The notes below the pieces were generated by a model. The model had not been told where the DNA came from, did not search any database, and saw nothing but the letters and a program-made list of their open reading frames with translations. From contig LVLI01000198.1 of assembly GCA_001687465.1 (NCBI GenBank), positions 52,726 to 72,725 on the forward strand: a stretch of 20,000 bases of DNA. Reading direction: 5' to 3'. A program made the position numbers and the translations under genes. This DNA is from Halocafeteria seosinensis. Lineage: Eukaryota. Shown here piece by piece: positions 19,255 to 20,000 of the stretch. Every line of letters begins with the position of its first letter. Position 1 is the first letter of the stretch.

Positions 19255-19521
19255 TAGTACTCTTAGGTACTAGGTTGCAATCTCCCGATGCATGTTTGTA
19301 TAAGCTTATAGCTCCCTTAAACTCCGAAAAAAGCTAATTGACGATGAAGTTCGCGTCCAGCTTCAGTAGCGCAGTAGGAAGAAGAAGCGGGACTGAGGAG
19401 TGCAGTTTCGAGTATCAGCCTTTTCCGAGTACGTGTAGCCCTTCTCCAGCTCCGACTCTCGGTATCGTCACGAGAGTCTCGTTCTTCCGTTACCTTCGGA
19501 TAAGTCTTAACCACACGACAG

Positions 19522-19998
19522 CTAGCCCTGTCGTTTGCAGCTCATTTTCGACAACGGATGGTTATCCTCAACAGCATCCAACGGCTTCTGTGACAGTTGG
19601 ACGATGGTCCACCACTTGGGTTTATTCATCTGACCCTTAGCTTCATCTTGTTTGATGTCAATATGAAGGTTTTCCTTCGTTAAGCGCAACGGAATTATGG
19701 GAAAGTCTTTTGCTTTTCCCCCGTTACGTTTATTCAACAGAGTTATCATATTTTCGCTAAGAGAGCGAGAAGCACAAACGACCCGTATAACACGTGACAA
19801 GTCCGGATGATCTCGGAGGAATGGAGGGTGCGTCTTCGGTCCCCACTCTCTTACATCGAGCCCACTCATCCCCTCAAGAAACGTATTCTTAGCCCGGTTC
19901 TTGACCTGAATTATTACCAGGTACAAGTTCCCCTCCTCATCCTCAGCAAGAAAGATAATATCTGCGCTACCAATTCTCTCAGGAGTGCGGGATACCAA
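19522..19998 (-). CDS. 3' part of a gene with a putative restriction-endonuclease-fold (PD-(D/E)xK, D..QxK variant) domain; 5' end lies beyond the window
   Basis: The frame is open to the window edge. GSADIIFLAEDEEGNLYLVIIQVKN shows the beta-hairpin D...QxK arrangement typical of REase-fold domains, such as those of Crinkler/RHS-type eukaryotic effectors. A paralogue lies directly downstream. Confidence 0.6.
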   Translation of the reverse strand: MVSRTPERIGSADIIFLAEDEEGNLYLVIIQVKNRAKNTFLEGMSGLDVREWGPKTHPPFLRDHPDLSRVIRVVCASRSLSENMITLLNKRNGGKAKDFPIIPLRLTKENLHIDIKQDEAKGQMNKPKWWTIVQLSQKPLDAVEDNHPLSKMSCKRQG

Positions 19999-20000
19999 CA

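Noticed and set aside
19317..19514. 65-aa minus-strand ORF after the REase-like gene
   Set aside because: Out of frame with the upstream ORF, GTG start and no motif. It could be a frameshifted tail, but that is unsupported.

Overview
Gene-dense, intron-containing eukaryotic DNA. Short (mostly 57-76 nt) GT-AG introns with GTACGT/GTAAGT-type donors suggest a protist, possibly a stramenopile (inference). Six complete protein genes were reconstructed by hand: (1) an intronless type II membrane protein joining an HtrL/YibB-like domain, two copies of a ~80-aa Cys-rich module and a C-terminal GT-A-like domain; (2) a 4-exon SDE2 with a SPRY domain inserted; (3) a 2-exon type II glutamine synthetase; (4) a 5-exon, ~1300-aa unknown multi-pass membrane protein; (5) a DCAF15-like protein; (6) a 17-exon 4-coumarate:CoA-ligase-like acyl-CoA synthetase with a mitochondrial-type presequence and a 14-nt microexon. 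The last 2.3 kb is accessory. It holds two diverged paralogues of a PD-(D/E)xK-like (D..QxK) nuclease-fold gene, one pseudogenised and one running off the window. Between them lies the frameshifted 3' end of a CRE-like (RLE) non-LTR retrotransposon, bracketed by two homologous hairpin-plus-ACACAC terminal segments. All family assignments come from motif recognition by eye; no searches were run.
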